Below the pieces are notes generated by a model. That model made no database searches and was not told the origin of the DNA. It saw nothing but the letters and a program-made list of their open reading frames with translations. Shown here in pieces: positions 53,801 through 63,814 of a stretch of 64,000 bases of DNA. A program made the translations under genes and the position numbers. Origin of the DNA: Phoronis australis (lineage: Eukaryota > Animalia > Phoronida); NCBI GenBank assembly GCA_002633005.1, contig NMRA01000522.1, positions 8,897 through 72,896 on the forward strand, in the 5' to 3' direction. The stretch's first letter is position 1. Each line of letters begins with the position of its first letter.

Positions 53801-56800
53801 TAAGTGCAAGCTAAACAACGCGACTACTTTTAAATAAATGTATTTCAGAAACTGCTAATAAGATGTTTCTGGATTCGTCTGTCCGACTAAGAATTGATCC
53901 AGTTTGCATTTAGAAAGCAGACTTTTACCAGTTTGCAATAATTGGTGAAAAACACTGCCGAGCTTAAATCAAACATTTTCAAAAGTAGGGAATGGGTACA
54001 TGCATTAGGCACTATATCCCATTGCCCAACTATGAATGCTTCTTAACAGTTGAAATTACAATAGCCACGACACACAATGCCTAGACTTTTATGTATAATA
54101 GCCACAGGAGTAATGGATTTTGAGAACCAGTTTAGAGTACTTAAAACTACCATTTATTTTGTTTTGACAAGTGACAACATTGTCAGCATCAGTGCTCTGT
54201 TATAGCACTGTACATCACGAATGTGAATACAAATATCCCAAAAAATGGAAATTGAAGAAAAGTGACTGAAAGTTTTTTATCTCCCCAGACATGAGTATGG
54301 CGTATGAACGTGCCCAGTGCCAGAGTGTCATGTCCACCAACACAAGAGTTTCTTGTACGAAGTTTTGCCTTATCAATGCTTCTCTGGTGTCTCACAGGAA
54401 TGTGATAAAAAACACTGCATAGTCAAATAATTACCATGTTGTCACAACCACGGTCCATCACAAGTGTAATGCCTTGCCGCTTCTTATTATACCAACAATA
54501 ACTTACGACTTTTCACACTAAACACAATGGAGGATGACTAGAACTGTGATTGGTTGTCCCGATTTTACGTAGTATGTTTTGACCAATAAATGCTCTTACC
54601 TCAAGATCAGCTAATTATCATGTCTTCAGATAGTGTGTGTGGGTGTTCTTATTTGACAGCTGATCGACTGGTGGAGATGTTTTTTGTGTTTTGACATGAA
54701 ATTGGCGATTCCAAATACTTTGATTAATTCACATTCAATTGATAAAACAGTTTGTCAACATGCAGGACTCTTGTAAGTGACTATTATCTGTTATAACTGG
54801 CTTCTTTTGTTTGATGTGTTAAATGAGATAGCCATCAGTGATAACTGCAGCCTATTGAGGACAAATTCAGGCCGTCAAGTTTTCTATTTTTTTGAGGGAC
54901 TCATACCTGACATTTAGTTCATTGGGCTTAAAACGATTGATGCTGCTGGGTTAGGTGAACTTTTTCTTTGAGCTTCAAACATGTTACAACTGGGGGCATC
55001 TAGTTGTGTTTTTACACTCTTGAAAATCGAAGGTACAAAGAGCAATTACCTATACGACTAAACCCCCCACCTCTCATGCACATTGCTATACATGTGCAGA
55101 CAGCACTTCATGGTGGTGAAACTACTTGGAATAATTGGAAGTATTTTAATAACAATAAAACTTAAGTTAATTAAAGTGATAAATGGATAAGGAACTGGTC
55201 ATCAGTGAGAGTACATGAAGAGAGCTGGAGAAAGTGATAAATGGATGAGGAACTTGTCATTGGTGAGAGTACGTGAAGAGAGCTGGAGAAACTATTGAAG
55301 CGTAAGCCTGAGATGAAGAAATCGTCCTATATCGCGCTCTTTCTTCATTGTTTCCGTACAGTGTTAGGTTGAACAAAGCAAAATGCAAATTTCATCAGAA
55401 ACACTTGAAAACAGTCTTAAGTGGTAGCTTTAGACATGCCATTTAAACAACTTTTTGAATTTTTGAAATCAGTTGGACGGTTCTCAAGTTAAAAATTTAG
55501 AGCCTCAATAATGGCCTTTTTTCATCAAACAACTCTGTCCCAGAAATTCAAGTCACAGAAAGTGGCAAGTTTAGACAACTATATTTGGAAATCCATAGCT
55601 TACTGTGTTCCTAAAACGAAATGGGAGCCCTTTACAGGTAGGTTAACATGGCATCGACTTCAAACCACAAACTATATTTTGTATAAACAAGAACAAAAGC
55701 AATTGAAAAATTCACCATCGACTTGTGACAGGACATTTTTACCTGAAGCTAAGCTGAACCAGGGATGTTTTGAAAAAAGAGCAACTTATTGCTTTGAAAA
55801 GGCAGAACACTTCAAGAATTACTGTGGTTTAGTAAAAATATTTCTTTTGTTCCAAAAGATTTTAAAATAATTCTTAAAAAATGAAATTTGCATAAAAATG
55901 AATTCAGGAAGAGCAAAAACAAGAAATCTAGTCTTTCTGTCTGAGTATTTTGTCATTTATTTGAAAACCTGTGAGGTTATGTGAATTAGTCTTTTTCCCC
56001 AAGTTAAAAGATCAAATGAATGTTTTTACAATCTTAAGTTGCATACCATGTGATGAAAAATAATTTTAGTTGAACAAAATTAAATTGAACCCTAAAATAG
56101 AATTTGAAAAATATTCTGTACTATCTTAATGAAAATATTTCACCAATCTGGGCCATGTTTTGTAACTTAGAGAAGTTTTGACTGGTTCTGTTTAATACAT
56201 TTGATCAATAAGGTTTGAGTTCAATTTGAACCCTGGAAAGGTCAACATGGTTCTTGAAAAATGACTGAGTTTACCTTTTTAGAAGTGTTCCTAAATCGAA
56301 ATGGTGAGATAAAGTGAAAAAAATGATGAGGAATGGATAAGGACATGATTGGTGATTACAACGTTGAGTGTACGCTTTCAGAATTTTTCCAGGTGAGAAA
56401 GTGACAATGCAGTAAATTAATAATAAAAAGCAAAATTTTTTAGTAAACAGTTTGGTATAAATATCATTAAAATCAGTTCTGTAACGGCCATTTAGCAGCT
56501 GAAAGTTTGACCCCTACTGAAAGTCACAAGAATTTACCGGTGAGTGAAAAGTGCGTGAAGTGCTCGCATTACTTCAAAATATTTGTTAATGCCCCCATTT
56601 GTTGCAATGGATATCAATAGAAAGAAGAAAGTTCAGATATTTCACTGGCATACTTTTCATTTTCCACCACTTAGTATGCTAACAGACATGAGCTTGTGAA
56701 AGTTATAAAAAATGGCAAAATTTTGGTCTTGCTGAATTTTGGCCATATTGGTTTGCTCACCCTAACTGTAGCTGCAGAGTGGCTTGCCACTTCACTGCCG

Positions 56801-59663
56801 AGTCCTCTGAGACAGGAAAGCAAGAGCTATGTGGTAGTTATCCAAGGAGTGGCGAGGAAGGTGCAACCAACTGCCGACATGTCATGGGTGGTTGATGAAT
56901 GGAAAATGTATCAGTGTGATGGAGATGTGCCACCGTTTGTTTCCTGTGCTGAAGTTGAAGATTTCTGGAACGGTGTTTTTTCACCGAGTGGTGTCGACGG
57001 AAGAGTTAGATATGAAATACTCCTATCAATAGTGAAAGCTGGACTCGTCCTTGCATTAACTGATGCTGAGTCGGAAAGAAGTATGTCCATTTAATTTAAT
57101 TCTTACATATTAGTTACTTTCTAAAGGTCGGTATGGTCGAAGCAACCATGGTAGGTCTCCGCTCTGTGAAGGAAGCTGTTTGATTTTGTGTTCCTGTGGA
57201 TGGCAAGCCTGAGAGAATTCCATTGACTAAGGAACTCAGATTGGCTTTCAAATGTGCACATGCAAATTATCTGGCATGACTAGAAGAATAGAGACAAGAA
57301 CGGGCAATTATGGCAAGAAGCACAAGCCAGGCCGGAAAAGTTGAACTGGGGATGACACAGAAAAACAGCAGGAAAAGTTGAACTAAGCGAAAAAACACTT
57401 TTTGAGTCAGAAAACGATCTCGCTAAAGAAGAAGACAATATCTTGGGAGAGTTGAAGGTTGTGATGAGCTCATGTCAGATGCTAAATGTGAAATTCTGAG
57501 AAGCATTGTCTGCTTCATCAGCTATATCCAACCAGTCATTGATAAGCATTGTCTGCTTCATCAGCTATCTCCAACCAGTCAGTGAGAAGCATTGTCTGCT
57601 TCATCAGCTATATCCAACCAGTCAGTGATAAGCATTGTCTGCTTCATCAGCNGTGGATTCTCGATTTAACCGCCCACTGCTCAGTTAACCGCCCTCCCCC
57701 GATTTTTTGGATTCGCCAATTTAACCGCCCAGGGCGTTAACCCGAACGATTACGGTACACTCAGAGTTGATGTGCGGGATGCCCTCTGCTAAGTCTGATT
57801 GGATTTCTGTGTTTCACCGGTGGTCTCAATGACTCGGTGGCTAGAACGTCTGCACAGTAAACAGAAGATCCTGGGTTGGAGTCCCGGTCGAGGGCAAAAA
57901 TCTTTATGCTCATTAAGCCACATGATGTCACCTACAGGTGGCGAGCAGACCAGACTTGGAATGTTTGTGATCTTCATTAAAGTTGGCAGAGTTGTTACCA
58001 TGGTGCTGACACAGATGTTGACAACGTCCAGATGGTTGTGACTAATATTGCTCCTCTTCTAGTGGAAATTTTAGTATTTCAGTGTTTTTTTATTTTTTTG
58101 CAAATATGTTCTATTACAAAAACTCACAAAAATCTTTAGGTGGTCACTTTTTGTGGATTGAGTTCTGGTAGATTCGGGGCAGCTACAAAACATGTAGTCA
58201 TGTAAGCCTGTATTTTGCTGTTTTCTTTCAGGTCAGAAAATTCAAAATAATATATGTTTAAACACCATAGATTCATTGAGTCGCTGTGACATTTCTTGTG
58301 CTAAAATTACTACCTTTGACTACACACTTGACTTGATTGTACAATAGATGACTTGTGTGTTAGTTAACGTAATCATTTGAAAGGTGATTATGCCAGTATG
58401 TTCTGTAACATGCTTAAGCGTTTTTCCAGCTTTTTCTTTGTTCAACAGTTATGACTTAGTTGTACACCATTGTCTGTTAAGTTTTCTTTTTGATTAGAAT
58501 CTCCTGCAGACTTGTTTAATTGATAAATTACTTGTATGTTCAGAAAAAACACTTGTTCATTTGTCAAATCAATTGTTTATTGTCACTGATGTCTATTTTG
58601 AACCTTCTTGCTGCCTACACATTTTATTTAGAATAAAGAATGAAGAACATGCCACCCATCTCAATGTCTCCAGTTTTGTTAGCTGAGTATCAGAATATGG
58701 CTAAACATAAAGTAATAAATCTAACATTTCAGATAAACATCTTATCAATGTCCATTTCAGGTTGAAACATTGTTCATCTGACAAGTCAGCAGCGGAAGAA
58801 ACAGCAAGAAGCATAGGTCAACAACTAGTGGACAGAGATTCAAAAAGGTAAGGAATTGGTCAAGAATTGATGCATTTGTACCTTAAAGTGGAAAGCAGAA
58901 GTTTTTGATGTTACTTTCACGGAAATTGTAGATCTCTGACTATCTTGAAGAGATGTTTTTCATCGTTAATTTTTGTTCCTCTGGCCCTCGGGAACTATAT
59001 CCATGTAGCATTTAGTAAAGTGAGGTAAAAGCCCCACATATTTTTTCTGTGTTCACCTCCAAAACTCGGTGGTAGACTCTTAAGACAGTTTATGGCAGTC
59101 ATTGTTATTGTAATATTCCCAGGATCCTGTCTCACTTGAGGGTAAAGGTGACTGCCTTCTGAGAGAAGAATTTTTGGTTTGGTTGAGGGTAAGATCCCTC
59201 TCCCTCACCCTGGTTACCATCAATTCCATCCTCTGTCAGCACCCCTCATTGGCAATGCCTCATGTAGCGAAAACTTGGCACAGATTTGACTCTAATCTCG
59301 AGGGGAATTTTTTTGTGATTGGAGTGGAATATTTTGACGTAATGATGATAATTTTGTGTGATTTTCAAAAGATTTTTCTGCCGTGGGAGTTTTTGGTCTT
59401 TGAAAAATGCCACCTGGTGCTCCCTGATGACAGCTTTGTTTCAAGATGAGTCATGCGCTGACTAGAACCCACTATGCTATTTTTGCCTAACTGACCTCTG
59501 ACCTCTGTTTGAATGTTCGGTGGATGATTCTAGATCAGCTCTAGAGACAGACCTCAAGATAGAGCGTGAATGGAGGTCGACGTTGCAACGCAGTCTTGAA
59601 GCTGAGAAGGAAAAGTGTGCTGGTCTGCTGACTGACCTTTCAAAAATGAAGAAACTTCAAGAG
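8757..59663 (+). CDS. RUFY: RUN and FYVE domain-containing protein (RUFY family), 13 coding exons in window, 3'-incomplete
   Basis: GT-AG exons 8757-8889, 22304-22474, 27505-27622, 28209-28313, 29834-29960, 31046-31116, 31305-31379, 31697-31868, 34722-34838, 37203-37370, 52225-52322, 58761-58847, 59534-59663 join in one open frame (1572 nt). Translation has RUFY RUN motifs ([75 protein letters not shown]) and coiled-coil motifs ([37 protein letters not shown]). Confidence 0.95.
9110..10934 (+). mobile_element. Non-autonomous Helentron-associated (HINE/DINE-like) element with two ~660-bp core repeats
   Basis: Starts in a T-run at TACTTG...CAAGTA; internal duplications (9170-9242 / 9250-9322 and ~9420-10090 / ~10095-10760); ends CAAGTCACGGCCACGGAGCATTTTCTAGT. 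A related decayed piece lies at ~11330-11680. Confidence 0.55.
12642..14135. mobile_element. TA-flanked non-autonomous Tc1/mariner-pogo-type element (family A), contains an assembly gap
   Basis: TA|CCGTAATCGTTCGGGTTAAC...GTTAACCCGAACGATTACGG|TA; subterminal GGGCGGTTAA repeats. Fragments also at ~18540-18887 and 57652-57755. Confidence 0.85.
15345..16098 (+). mobile_element. HINE/pearl-like element fragment (CCTAGTGGC core family)
   Basis: Shares core repeat with 21211-21686, 25480-26832 and 60597-63292; includes a 23-bp triplication at 15592-15658. Confidence 0.7.
16252..16790. mobile_element. Partial family-B MITE abutting or interrupted by an inverted full copy
   Basis: Matches the 32563 end of family B (GCGTTTTCAGACTTTGCTAAAATAAGC...). 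Confidence 0.7.
16791..18148. mobile_element. TA-flanked MITE family B
   Basis: TA|CCGTATTCGCC...GGTGAATACGG|TA; inverted homolog of 32563-34091 and same orientation as 60882-62254. Confidence 0.85.
19735..20463. mobile_element. Degenerate PIF/Harbinger-like MITE
   Basis: Inverted ends TATAGTTAA.../...GTTAACTATATGGGAAAGGCCC and repeated ATGGGAACAC motifs. Confidence 0.4.
20960..22109. mobile_element. Kolobok-like TTAA MITE with inserted HINE and a duplicated segment across a single-N gap
   Basis: Ends resemble 30351-30965 (G-A/G-TTATGTAATACC... / ...GGGGTCCTACTTTGCC|TTAA). Confidence 0.6.
21211..21686 (+). mobile_element. HINE/pearl-like element 5' part
   Basis: TTTTTATGCGCCCAC...GTGGACGCAT inverted motif, (GTCC)n microsatellite, then core repeat; truncated at N 21687. 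Confidence 0.8.
22304..22474 (+). CDS. RUFY: RUFY exon 2 (start of RUN domain)
   Basis: tttacag|GGCGAGAC...CTAAGAC|gtaagt; [56 protein letters not shown]. Confidence 0.95.
22690..23010. repeat. Dispersed repeat with an inverted copy at ~54135-54455
   Basis: Shared GACATGACAC-A/T-CTGGCACTGGG-T/C-ACGT block in opposite orientations. Confidence 0.7.
23515..24779. mobile_element. TA-flanked MITE (family C)
   Basis: TA|CCGTACTCGTCCGGGT...ACCCAGACGAGTGCGG|TA; subterminal repeats similar to family A. Confidence 0.85.
25480..26832 (+). mobile_element. HINE/pearl-like element with ~2.5 tandem core repeats
   Basis: 5' TTATGCGCCCAC; 3' GTGGGCGCAT then CAACGC-TCT-GCGTTG hairpin and T-run. Confidence 0.8.
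27505..27622 (+). CDS. RUFY: RUFY exon 3
   Basis: ttttcag|CCAAG...GCCAA|gtaaga; [38 protein letters not shown]. Confidence 0.93.
28209..28313 (+). CDS. RUFY: RUFY exon 4
   Basis: cttcag|GACT...ATTTG|gtactg; [34 protein letters not shown]. Confidence 0.93.
28588..28752. repeat. 33-bp minisatellite, ~5 near-perfect copies
   Basis: GGTCTCCCTCATGTCTGTATACCACCAGACGCA. Confidence 0.95.
29834..29960 (+). CDS. RUFY: RUFY exon 5 (end of RUN domain)
   Basis: tttcag|TGAATTT...GAACCT|gtaagt; [42 protein letters not shown]. Confidence 0.95.
30351..30965. mobile_element. Kolobok-like MITE flanked by TTAA, with internal 41-bp x3 repeat (30818-30945)
   Basis: TTAA|GGTTATGTA...CACATAGAC|TTAA; related copies at 49806-50285 (inverted), ~26840-27081 and 20960-22109. 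Confidence 0.65.
31046..31116 (+). CDS. RUFY: RUFY exon 6
   Basis: tttacag|ATTGGT...ACAAA|gtgagt; [23 protein letters not shown]. Confidence 0.92.
31305..31379 (+). CDS. RUFY: RUFY exon 7
   Basis: ttttcag|TCCTGAAG...TTGAA|gtaagt; [24 protein letters not shown]. Confidence 0.93.
31697..31868 (+). CDS. RUFY: RUFY exon 8 (coiled coil)
   Basis: ttccag|TGCGACT...TTGGAT|gtaaga; [38 protein letters not shown]...KKLD. Confidence 0.92.
32133..32195 (+). CDS. RUFY: Candidate RUFY cassette exon 8b ([21 protein letters not shown])
   Basis: cattcag|TCGGCTAAACAT...GTTAAG|gtatac; 63 nt, phase 0-0, no stop; first 11 nt identical to exon 9; donor hexamer GTATAC is the same as that of exon 10. Confidence 0.6.
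32563..34091. mobile_element. TA-flanked MITE family B, full length
   Basis: TA|CAGTATTTGCCGTAATAACCGC...GCGGTTATTACGACAAATACGG|TA. Confidence 0.88.
34722..34838 (+). CDS. RUFY: RUFY exon 9
   Basis: ttcatag|TCGGCT...AGACTA|gtgagt; [39 protein letters not shown]. Confidence 0.93.
34883..35078. repeat. 66-bp tandem repeat x3
   Basis: TTGGGTTATTATGGGATCTTACCTTTAAC...GATCACA repeated nearly perfectly. Confidence 0.92.
35650..36925 (+). mobile_element. Old, diverged HINE-like element
   Basis: (GTCT)n/(GT)n microsatellite near the 5' end, decayed cores, GTGGGCGCAT near the 3' end; 22-bp x3 repeat at 36356-36430. Confidence 0.55.
37203..37370 (+). CDS. RUFY: RUFY exon 10
   Basis: ccacag|GATGTT...TTACAG|gtatac; [56 protein letters not shown]. 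Confidence 0.95.
38521..41223. mobile_element. ~2.7-kb CTGTA/TACGG-terminated non-autonomous DNA element inserted in a satellite array
   Basis: TA|CTGTAAACTCGTG...CACAAGTTTACGG; 54-bp subterminal repeats at ~38590-38845; right end matches family A/C (AAGCGCCCAGGGCGTTAACCC). Confidence 0.7.
41224..41680. repeat. ~110-bp tandem repeat, ~4 copies, plus a diverged part-copy at ~38455-38520
   Basis: CATAATTTGCATCAACACCAAGAG...GGGAACCCACTTGAAGGATTATCACGTTTAGTGT. Confidence 0.9.
41840..42052. repeat. 24-bp minisatellite, ~9 copies
   Basis: ACTAAGCATTGTACAGGGCTACTG. Confidence 0.95.
43947..44452. repeat. 30-bp minisatellite, ~17 copies
   Basis: CACATAAACTACATGTAATCTGCAGATTGC variants; source of the spurious 237-aa and 175-aa ORFs. 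Confidence 0.95.
44529..44573 (-). CDS. Neuropeptide precursor candidate last coding exon ([14 protein letters not shown])
   Basis: Minus: ttgttctcag|GAGATG...AATTGA; AATAAA at 44503-44498 on the minus strand just downstream. Confidence 0.6.
   Translation of the reverse strand, partial: EMASKLSSDFAQEN
44529..47335 (-). CDS. GnRH/corazonin-superfamily neuropeptide precursor, nested antisense in RUFY intron 10 (coding exons 47335-47156, 45656-45564, 44573-44529)
   Basis: Spliced product [60 protein letters not shown]|[31 protein letters not shown]|[14 protein letters not shown]: hydrophobic signal peptide, Gln-initial peptide with FSxGW, GKR amidation/cleavage site, two-Cys associated peptide; GT-AG phase-0 introns. 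Confidence 0.88.
45564..45656 (-). CDS. Neuropeptide precursor second coding exon ([11 protein letters not shown]...KSLF)
   Basis: Minus: tttgtttgtttcag|TTTCAATTA...TTGTTT|gtaagt; 93 nt, in frame; supplies the second Cys. Confidence 0.8.
47156..47347 (-). CDS. Neuropeptide precursor exon with signal peptide and mature peptide (CDS 47335-47156; mature peptide 47269-47234)
   Basis: Minus strand: ctcttcctag|GCCTCTGTACAAATG...GTGCAG|gtgata; acceptor 12 nt upstream of the ATG implies an upstream non-coding exon. Confidence 0.92.
49806..50285. mobile_element. Kolobok-like TTAA MITE, inverted relative to 30351-30965
   Basis: TTAA|ACTTATGAAAGACCCTAGAAAAATG...TTGCATAACT|TTAA. Confidence 0.6.
50569..50665 (-). 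promoter_or_regulatory. Candidate promoter and non-coding first exon of the neuropeptide gene
   Basis: Minus-strand donor AAG|GTGAGT at 50569/50568; TATA-like TAATAAAAG at ~50650-50642; CCAAT at ~50660-50664. Confidence 0.35.
52225..52322 (+). CDS. RUFY: RUFY exon 11
   Basis: tttcag|ACGTGT...GAAAA|gtaagt; [32 protein letters not shown]. Confidence 0.92.
56780..57500 (+). pseudogene. hAT-like transposase C-terminal remnant
   Basis: DEWKMYQ...EDFWNGVF...[27 protein letters not shown] resembles the hAT dimerization region (W...Y-x-x-L...SERxFS); stops and frameshifts follow. Confidence 0.6.
57500..57650. repeat. 43-bp tandem repeat, ~3.5 copies, ending at a single-N gap
   Basis: AAGCATTGTCTGCTTCATCAGCTATATCCAACCAGTCAGTGAT. 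Confidence 0.9.
57820..57950 (+). mobile_element. tRNA-derived SINE-like head
   Basis: A-box-like TGACTCGGTGG and B-box-like GGGTTGGAGTCCC at tRNA spacing; degenerate, not a functional tRNA. Confidence 0.55.
58761..58847 (+). CDS. RUFY: RUFY exon 12
   Basis: tttcag|GTTGAAA...AAAAG|gtaagg; [28 protein letters not shown], phase 2-2. Confidence 0.85.
59534..59663 (+). CDS. RUFY: RUFY exon 13
   Basis: ttctag|ATCAGCT...CAAGAG|gtacct; [43 protein letters not shown]. Confidence 0.92.
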
Positions 59664-60596
59664 GTACCTATATTTTTTGTTTGATTTCTGGGATTTATAG
59701 GCTGTGGGGACATCTAGTGTGGTCTCCTCAGCTTGTGTTGCTCTGCAAAGCTGTAAATATCTGTTACAGCTTAGTTGAAAACGTTAACTGTTACATAATT
59801 CATTGACTGTGTGTGAAGAACTTTTCAACATTATGTATCCGACTGTTAAATAAACTTGTTTTGTGATTACCTGCATCTGTATCTTCCACGTCTAGTGTGG
59901 GATTGTCATGAAATTTGAGGAATGTGTTTCTGTTTTTGGAGAAGGTTCAACAAAGATTATTTAGATTGATTTGAATATCACTAGTTCAGTGAAGAATTGC
60001 TGTGATATTGAACACATAAGTGATATTGAACATATTGAACACATACGTGATGTTGAACACATACGTGATATTGATCACATACGTTTCTAGTGAGGAGAGC
60101 ATGACTGGCAGTGATTTTCAGACAAATCCAAACACTGTTAAGTCTCTTTACACCCTTCCTCCTGTACACATTCCCCCCTCCGTACCTCCATCCATCCCTC
60201 AATCTCTCTGGAAATCTTGAGTAATTACGTTTTCCATGTAGCTTTCAAGAAGGCAAGACCACCAATAATTCTTTTAAATTTCATTCTCTTTTATCACACC
60301 AAACACTTCCACAGCAAGTGAGGACTTGAATAAAGTTTGGTGGTTGCCTTTTCTGGAGTATTATTCGAGTAAGCAGTTTGGAATAAAAATCTCTGAGTAA
60401 GTGGAAGGTCTGAGTTAAGTTTGGTGCTCACATCCTTGGTACTGATCAATTACACACAATATAACTGTGTCATTGTGTCTCATACTGCATATATGGTGAT
60501 TGATATTTGCCAGTTAGCTAGTACAGGTATAGGTGTTCACTTTGGTGGTTCTACCAGTAGACAGTGTGAATACTGCCTGACAGGTTTTTTATTATT

Positions 60597-63292
60597 TTTT
60601 TATTATGTGCCCACATATCTTTATTGTCGTCGTCTCTGTTGAGGCGTCCGCAGCTGTGTCTCCTAAACACCTATGAAGCTGACTATGGGTGATGACGAAT
60701 TTCAGACTTAGGCCACTACAGGTGTGCCCCCTAGTGGCAATTTTATTAAATTTGGCAGTTAGGCATTTATTAGTAAGATGACACTATCCTCCCATTTTCT
60801 GATAAATTTGAGGTATTTTGCTCCACCTAGTGGCCATTTTTACAGTTTTCGAGTCTTTATTAAATTTAGCAAATGTATTTACCGTATTCGCCCTAAGAAG
60901 TGCCCAGGGCGTTTCGAAAGATTCGCTTCAGGAAGGGGGGGCTTACTATAGCCCAAAGTGGTTGAAACCTGGTCTCCAAAACAGTTGAAATCGTATAAAG
61001 CTAGATTTCATCAAATTTACGCTCTGTGACGCATTTGTAACCTATGACAGAGTTTCTACAAAATTGCAGTGCATTGCTATCAAACTTTGTTGTTAAATTA
61101 CGAGCATTTTTCAGAAAATCCTAGTGCAAAAACTAGCCGACTGATGCGTAGCTGCCTTGCGATCGCCGATAGGTCAACTTGAATTCTTGAGTAAAAATAT
61201 AGTTTCGACTCAGCAAATTACCTGAAGTCCTTAAGTTTTCGAAATAGCGTCCCTAACATTTTTAAGTTCCTGTGGAGTCGGGAATAACTGCCATATTAAG
61301 TCCAAATCTGCGCTAGATCATACTCCGCAACACAAGAAAAATCTCTAGACGAATACTCATGTTGTTGTCACATGAAGTTTGTTTTGAAGTTTGTATGCGT
61401 GTGTGAGTGAGCGAGCGTGTGCATGTCATCAGAGCTCATTTGCCAGAGTAAACACGTTGTAGCGATCTAGGTGTGCATTGTCACTAAGGAAACTGACACA
61501 AACAGTAAAGCAGAAAGTGTTTTATATAGCACTTGTTGATCTCATCTTCTAAAAAACGTTCGAGAATTGAGGGGTGTAAGAGTGCAGAAGTGGGTCATTT
61601 TGACTTTAAGAACAACAATTACAATTAATTCAATAATTCCTCCTAAAAATAACGCAAACGTTCCTTACAGTATTAGAAACTTTCGGAAATAAGTGCCGGT
61701 ATTTATTTCTTGCCGACGCTATGCTACCCGTTTCATGAATAGATATTTCCCGAAAACGAATCTTCGATGACAGGTACTTGTATGTAGCACGCGCTTCCTG
61801 GCCATTTGCTTTTAACAAAGGTCACGTTTTTATTAGTCTTTGATTTGCGGTTTTCACGTATACAAAGAAATTTGGATTCCTGTTGTGGGAGAAGATCTAT
61901 ACGGGAAAGATACAATACAATCCCGTTGACAAGTATGCTGCGTCTGTTCTGATAGGCCAGACCATAATAGGACACATCCTTTGCAAGATCAGCAAAACTT
62001 TTGCGTTCTATTTGAAATTTGAAGTGTATAGTCATGGCTAAATACCGACATAGCGGCGAGGCTCGTGGTCTACAAATTTCACGCACAATGATTTTTTCAG
62101 GACCGTCGGATTTTATTGATATATTGAAGATGTTACTGTAGAATTTTAGAACTGTAGGTAAGGCATTTTTCGCTTGTACACTGCGTTCATGGACTGGGTG
62201 CTTATTTTGGCAAAGTCTGGAAATGCTTGGGGGCTTTTATAGGGGCATATGTGGTATTTGAAGTTGACAACTGACGGCTACGACTTTCAGACTGATCGGA
62301 CTGCTGGTGTTCCCCCTAGTGGCAATTTTATTTTTTATGTTCACCTCTTTATCTTCAAAGGTCTTCAATTGATTTCCATAAAATTTGGCAGTTAGGCATC
62401 TAATAGTGAGGTGACGTTATCCATTCATTTTTGGATTGATTCAAGGTATTTTGTGCCACCTAGTGGCCATTTCTATTGTTTTTGAGTCTGTTTTTTGGCC
62501 TCTGTCCCCTCTGTTATCCAAACCACTCTAAGGATGATTATGGAAATTGTCACGTATGTTCCTACTGTGCAGAGGATGATTTTCTGACGAACTCGACTAC
62601 TGTGGCGCCTCCTAGTGTCAGTTTTCTTTTACTGGCTGTTTCTCTCAAACTCTCTGCAGGATCTTTATTAAATTGAGCAAATGTATTTATATGAAGTTCA
62701 CAGCGGACAACAATGACTTTCAGATGAATCCGACAAATGCTGTGCCCCCTGTTGGCAATTTAAGTTTTCCGTTTTCCTTTTGTCTCTAATTCAAGCTCCT
62801 TGAACGGATTTTTATGAAATTTTGATAAATAGCTTTCTATTGAAACAATGGCATGTTCCTGTTTTCGGATGGATTTGACGTATTTTGTGCCATCTAGTGG
62901 TAATTTTTACTGTTTTGTAGTCTCTTTTTTGCGCCTGCCCCTCTATCAACCAAATGACTCTAAGTATGATTGTGAAAATTCGCAGATATACTCTTACTAT
63001 GAAGAGGACGGTTGACGATGATTTTCCGACAACTTCAAGTATTGTGGTGCATCCTAGTGGCAATTTCATTTTTTTCCGTTTCTTCTTTTTTTCTTAAGTT
63101 TCTTGACAGATTTTCATGATATTTGGTAAAAAGCTTTCTATTAAAGAAGCGACGAGAGGTACCGGTTTTAGGATAGATTTGACTTATTTTGCTCCACCTA
63201 GTGGCCATTTCTGTGATACAAATAATCACCCCTAGAAGCACACTGTTTGTGGTGCCTTCGTGGGTGCATTACAACGCTCTGCATTGGTCTTT
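60597..63292 (+). mobile_element. HINE/pearl-like element interrupted by a family-B MITE
   Basis: 5' TTATGTGCCCAC, CCTAGTGGC cores, 3' GTGGGTGCATTACAACGCTCTGCATTGG and T-run. Confidence 0.78.
60882..62254. mobile_element. TA-flanked MITE family B nested in HINE
   Basis: TA|CCGTATTCGCC...GGCATATGTGG|TA; removing it rejoins AAATGTATTTA-TTTGAAGTT, matching the uninterrupted core at ~62679 (AAATGTATTTATATGAAGTT). Confidence 0.82.
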
Positions 63293-63814
63293 TTTGAATA
63301 CCTAAGACCTGTCTTTGAAGGAAGGGAATGTTGGACAAAACATGTCAATTTTAATTGAATTGGTTACTTATGGTTTGACCAATAACGGGTTTGTGAAGTT
63401 TTCATCTGCTTTGTGGGATGTCTGTGGCAAATGGTAATTACGTTCCATAACAGGTGAAGTTTTGTTTGTGGTTTATTGATTACGTTTTGTAACATCAGTC
63501 ACCATGCTGTCATTTGAGACCACAGTCGGGCTGTGCTATAATGTTAATCTGTGGACCAGTGTGCAGGTGTATTATATACAGCAAACAGCTTTCAACAACA
63601 CTCAGTTTTGCCGTCTTGATTATGTGACAGTTTCGATTGAAAAAATAGTGCAAGTGTCTGATGCATGTTGCATTAGACGTGTGCAGGCCGCTCAGCTTGG
63701 ACCATTTCACCAAACACCTGAAACCATTTTTAGTGAGAATTACACAAAACACATATAGACAAATACACTCAAATTAAGACCAAGTTGAGGAACTAAAGAC
63801 TTGACTCCAGGGAC

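Noticed and set aside
57820-57895. Functional tRNA gene
   Set aside because: B box is mutated (GTTGGA) and acceptor and anticodon stems pair poorly; better explained as a SINE head.
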